Shown here piece after piece: positions 61,888 to 64,000 of a DNA stretch of 64,000 nt; the stretch's first letter is position 1; each line of letters opens with the position of its first letter. Below the pieces are notes generated by a model, which saw only the letters and a list, made by a program, of their open reading frames with translations, was not told the DNA's origin and did no database searches. The translations under genes and the position numbers were made by a program. The DNA is from Amoebophrya sp. A120 (lineage: Eukaryota; Protista; Dinoflagellata): the NCBI GenBank assembly GCA_905178155.1, contig CAJINV010000001.1:1290606-1354605 (forward strand), read 5' to 3'.

Positions 61888-63535
61888 AGCTTCTGAAGGT
61901 TTGACCTTCTGAAGAGCTTCTGAAGGAAAAAACTTGATTTTCAACCTTCAGAAGGTCAAAAAAACTGGCCGGCTATTTTTCAGTGTAAAAAGCGCAGCAT
62001 GAGCTCGCGCAAACGAAATCATCGCTCATTTTTTGCAACCTTCAGAAGGTTCAGTCTTCTGAAGGTTTTTTTTCACCTTCTGAAGAATTTTTTCGATTTT
62101 TTGACAAAAAATTCTTCAGAAGACTAAAAAAACGACTTTTTGAAACCTTCAGAAGGCAGGCATTCTTCTGAAGAAGTGCGTTTTATGCCGACGTCCGAAA
62201 CCTTCAGAAGACTGCCATTTTTTAAACTCAAAAAATGACGCAAAATCAGGACAATCAAAAAAAACTAAGAAAAACCTTCAGAAGACTAAAATTTCTTCTG
62301 AAGGTTTTTCGAAAATTGTCGCACTTTGACAAAAATGAAAAAAATAAAAAAAACACACCTTCAGAAGACTTTGATTTTTGAGTCTTCTGAAGGTACATCT
62401 TCTGAAGAACCTTCAGAAGGTCCAACACAATTTGGTGTTTTTGTTGCGCGCACCCAACTAAAAACTCGATTTTTTGTAAAAACGTGCGCAAAAAACCTTC
62501 AGAAAGATCTTCAGAAGCTTCGGAGCTTTTTCTGTTGCGCCGCCGATTTGTTGTTCGAGCGCCAAAAGCACTTTACTGCCACCTGTTTTTTCCTAAATGC
62601 AAGAAATATTATGAATGGGTCTGTCAAGTATTTCTGTTTTCTTGTTGAGGATTTTTTCCAAGCGGTGGACGGCAGAACGCAATGAGATCGAAGTTGCTGC
62701 TCCGCCTCAAGCTCATTTTTTTTTTGTGCTACGAGTGGATTTACGACATGACGCTACGAGGAGGACAAGTTTATGGCGGACGCTGCGAGAAGCAGAGATC
62801 AGGCGCAAACTGGACAACCAAAACTGAACGAGCACCTCGGCACTCTATCCTTAGGCAATCCTCAACAACAAACATGAAAATACTTGACGCGCAAATATTT
62901 TTTTTCTTTCATAATCGACGGGAAGAGCAAGTACGAGGCTTGCCCCGCGACGCAGTCGCGTGGATTGGTTCTTACGGACACGGGCAGATGATGGCCCCGA
63001 AGACAGACCCAGTTAATTGAAGGACTATAAGGGAAAAAATCAAAACTACCTTCAGAAGAAAATTCTTCAGAAGACTCTTCAGAAGAGTCGACGAACCTTC
63101 TGAAGGTTCTAAAAAGAGCAGTTCAAAAAACGACCAAAGTTGAAAGGGAGTCAGATCCTGCGCCGCGAAAATTTATTTTTTTTTGTGAACCTTCAGAAGG
63201 TAATTACCTTCAGAAGGTCTGACTTTGACCTTCAGAAGGTTTTTGATCAAAAAAATCTTCTGAAGGTTTGGCACGCGTTGGCTTTGGACCTTCTTGAAGG
63301 TTTTGACCTTCTGAAGGTTAGTTTTTCAAAACCTTCCTGAAGGTTAAAAATGAAAAGGGTCGCTTTTTTCCAAAAAATGCAAAAAAAAAGGGCCAACCTT
63401 TTTTGACCTTCTGAAGGTCGAAAAACCTTCAAGAAGGTCTTCTGAAGGTTGGAGGCTGAAAACCTTCTGAAGAATTCTTCTGAAGAAATGTCGGCTCTTC
63501 TGAAAGTTTCTTCAGAAGGTTTCTCCTGAAGGTTT
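61888..63535. repeat. Two arrays of the palindromic motif CTTC(A/T)GAAG
   Basis: Many CCTTCAGAAG/CTTCTGAAGG copies at about 61890-62520 and 63049-63535. Confidence 0.85.
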
Positions 63536-64000
63536 GCCGAGCGTTCTCCGCGATGAGAAACAAATTGCGCAACGAAAACGCCGCGACAGTGGCGCGAAAA
63601 AAGTGCAAAAGTGAAAGCTTTGCCAAAGCGCAACGATTCCGGATCTGATTCTGCAACAAGATGCAAAGTGTCTTGTTGCAGAATCAGATCTCCGCTTCAC
63701 CGGATCCGCAGCAAGGCCAATGCGAGCGATGCTGCCCTGCGTTCATTGACTCTTGCGGGCGGTACGCCGCCGGAAGCTAGTAAGCTAGGGCGCTCAGTCT
63801 CTGGAAGCTAGTAAGGCCAATTTCTCGGCTGGGCCAGGGGTCTGACAAAAGTTGAAGCCATCAAAAAGGGCAAAAGGATTCAGGATCTGACTACGTAAAA
63901 AAACTGCAACGCTTCGCCTTTCCTGATCTGGTGCGCAGCTTTTTCCTGGGTTCATGAGTTACGCCACGAGACGCACCAGGCGAGCTTTTTCCTGGCTTCT

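Overview
Eukaryotic, intron-rich genomic DNA with about 12 protein-coding genes, all on the + strand: a TVP15/COPI-associated-like membrane protein, a RING-finger protein, a KHEL-terminated ER protein, MCM2, DRC4/GAS8, an STPG/ODF3-like protein, an ankyrin-like protein, a C2-domain protein and several hypotheticals. The dominant feature is about 45 short (150-330 bp) MITE-like elements from roughly 11 families inserted in coding exons. Almost all begin TAT and end ATA, carry family-specific terminal inverted repeats (TIRs), and are flanked by a 5-bp direct repeat. Removing the element plus one repeat copy restores the reading frame at the junctions I translated, including inside conserved MCM2 motifs, so they behave as non-canonical, mostly non-GT-AG introns. 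This matches the introner elements described in the parasitic dinoflagellate Amoebophrya (organism inferred, not proven). Beyond that known picture: (i) the same family is tolerated in both orientations; (ii) unrelated families share a GCA(T/A)NACAA motif array; (iii) several introners carry nested insertions with 11-18 bp target duplications, one starting with the 3' end of the dinoflagellate spliced leader and one ending in poly(A); (iv) some introns look like introners converted to GT-AG; (v) an exon segment of the last gene is serially duplicated around repeat-rich inserts. Coordinates were read by hand and may be off by 1-2 nt; splicing is inferred from frame restoration, not from RNA data.
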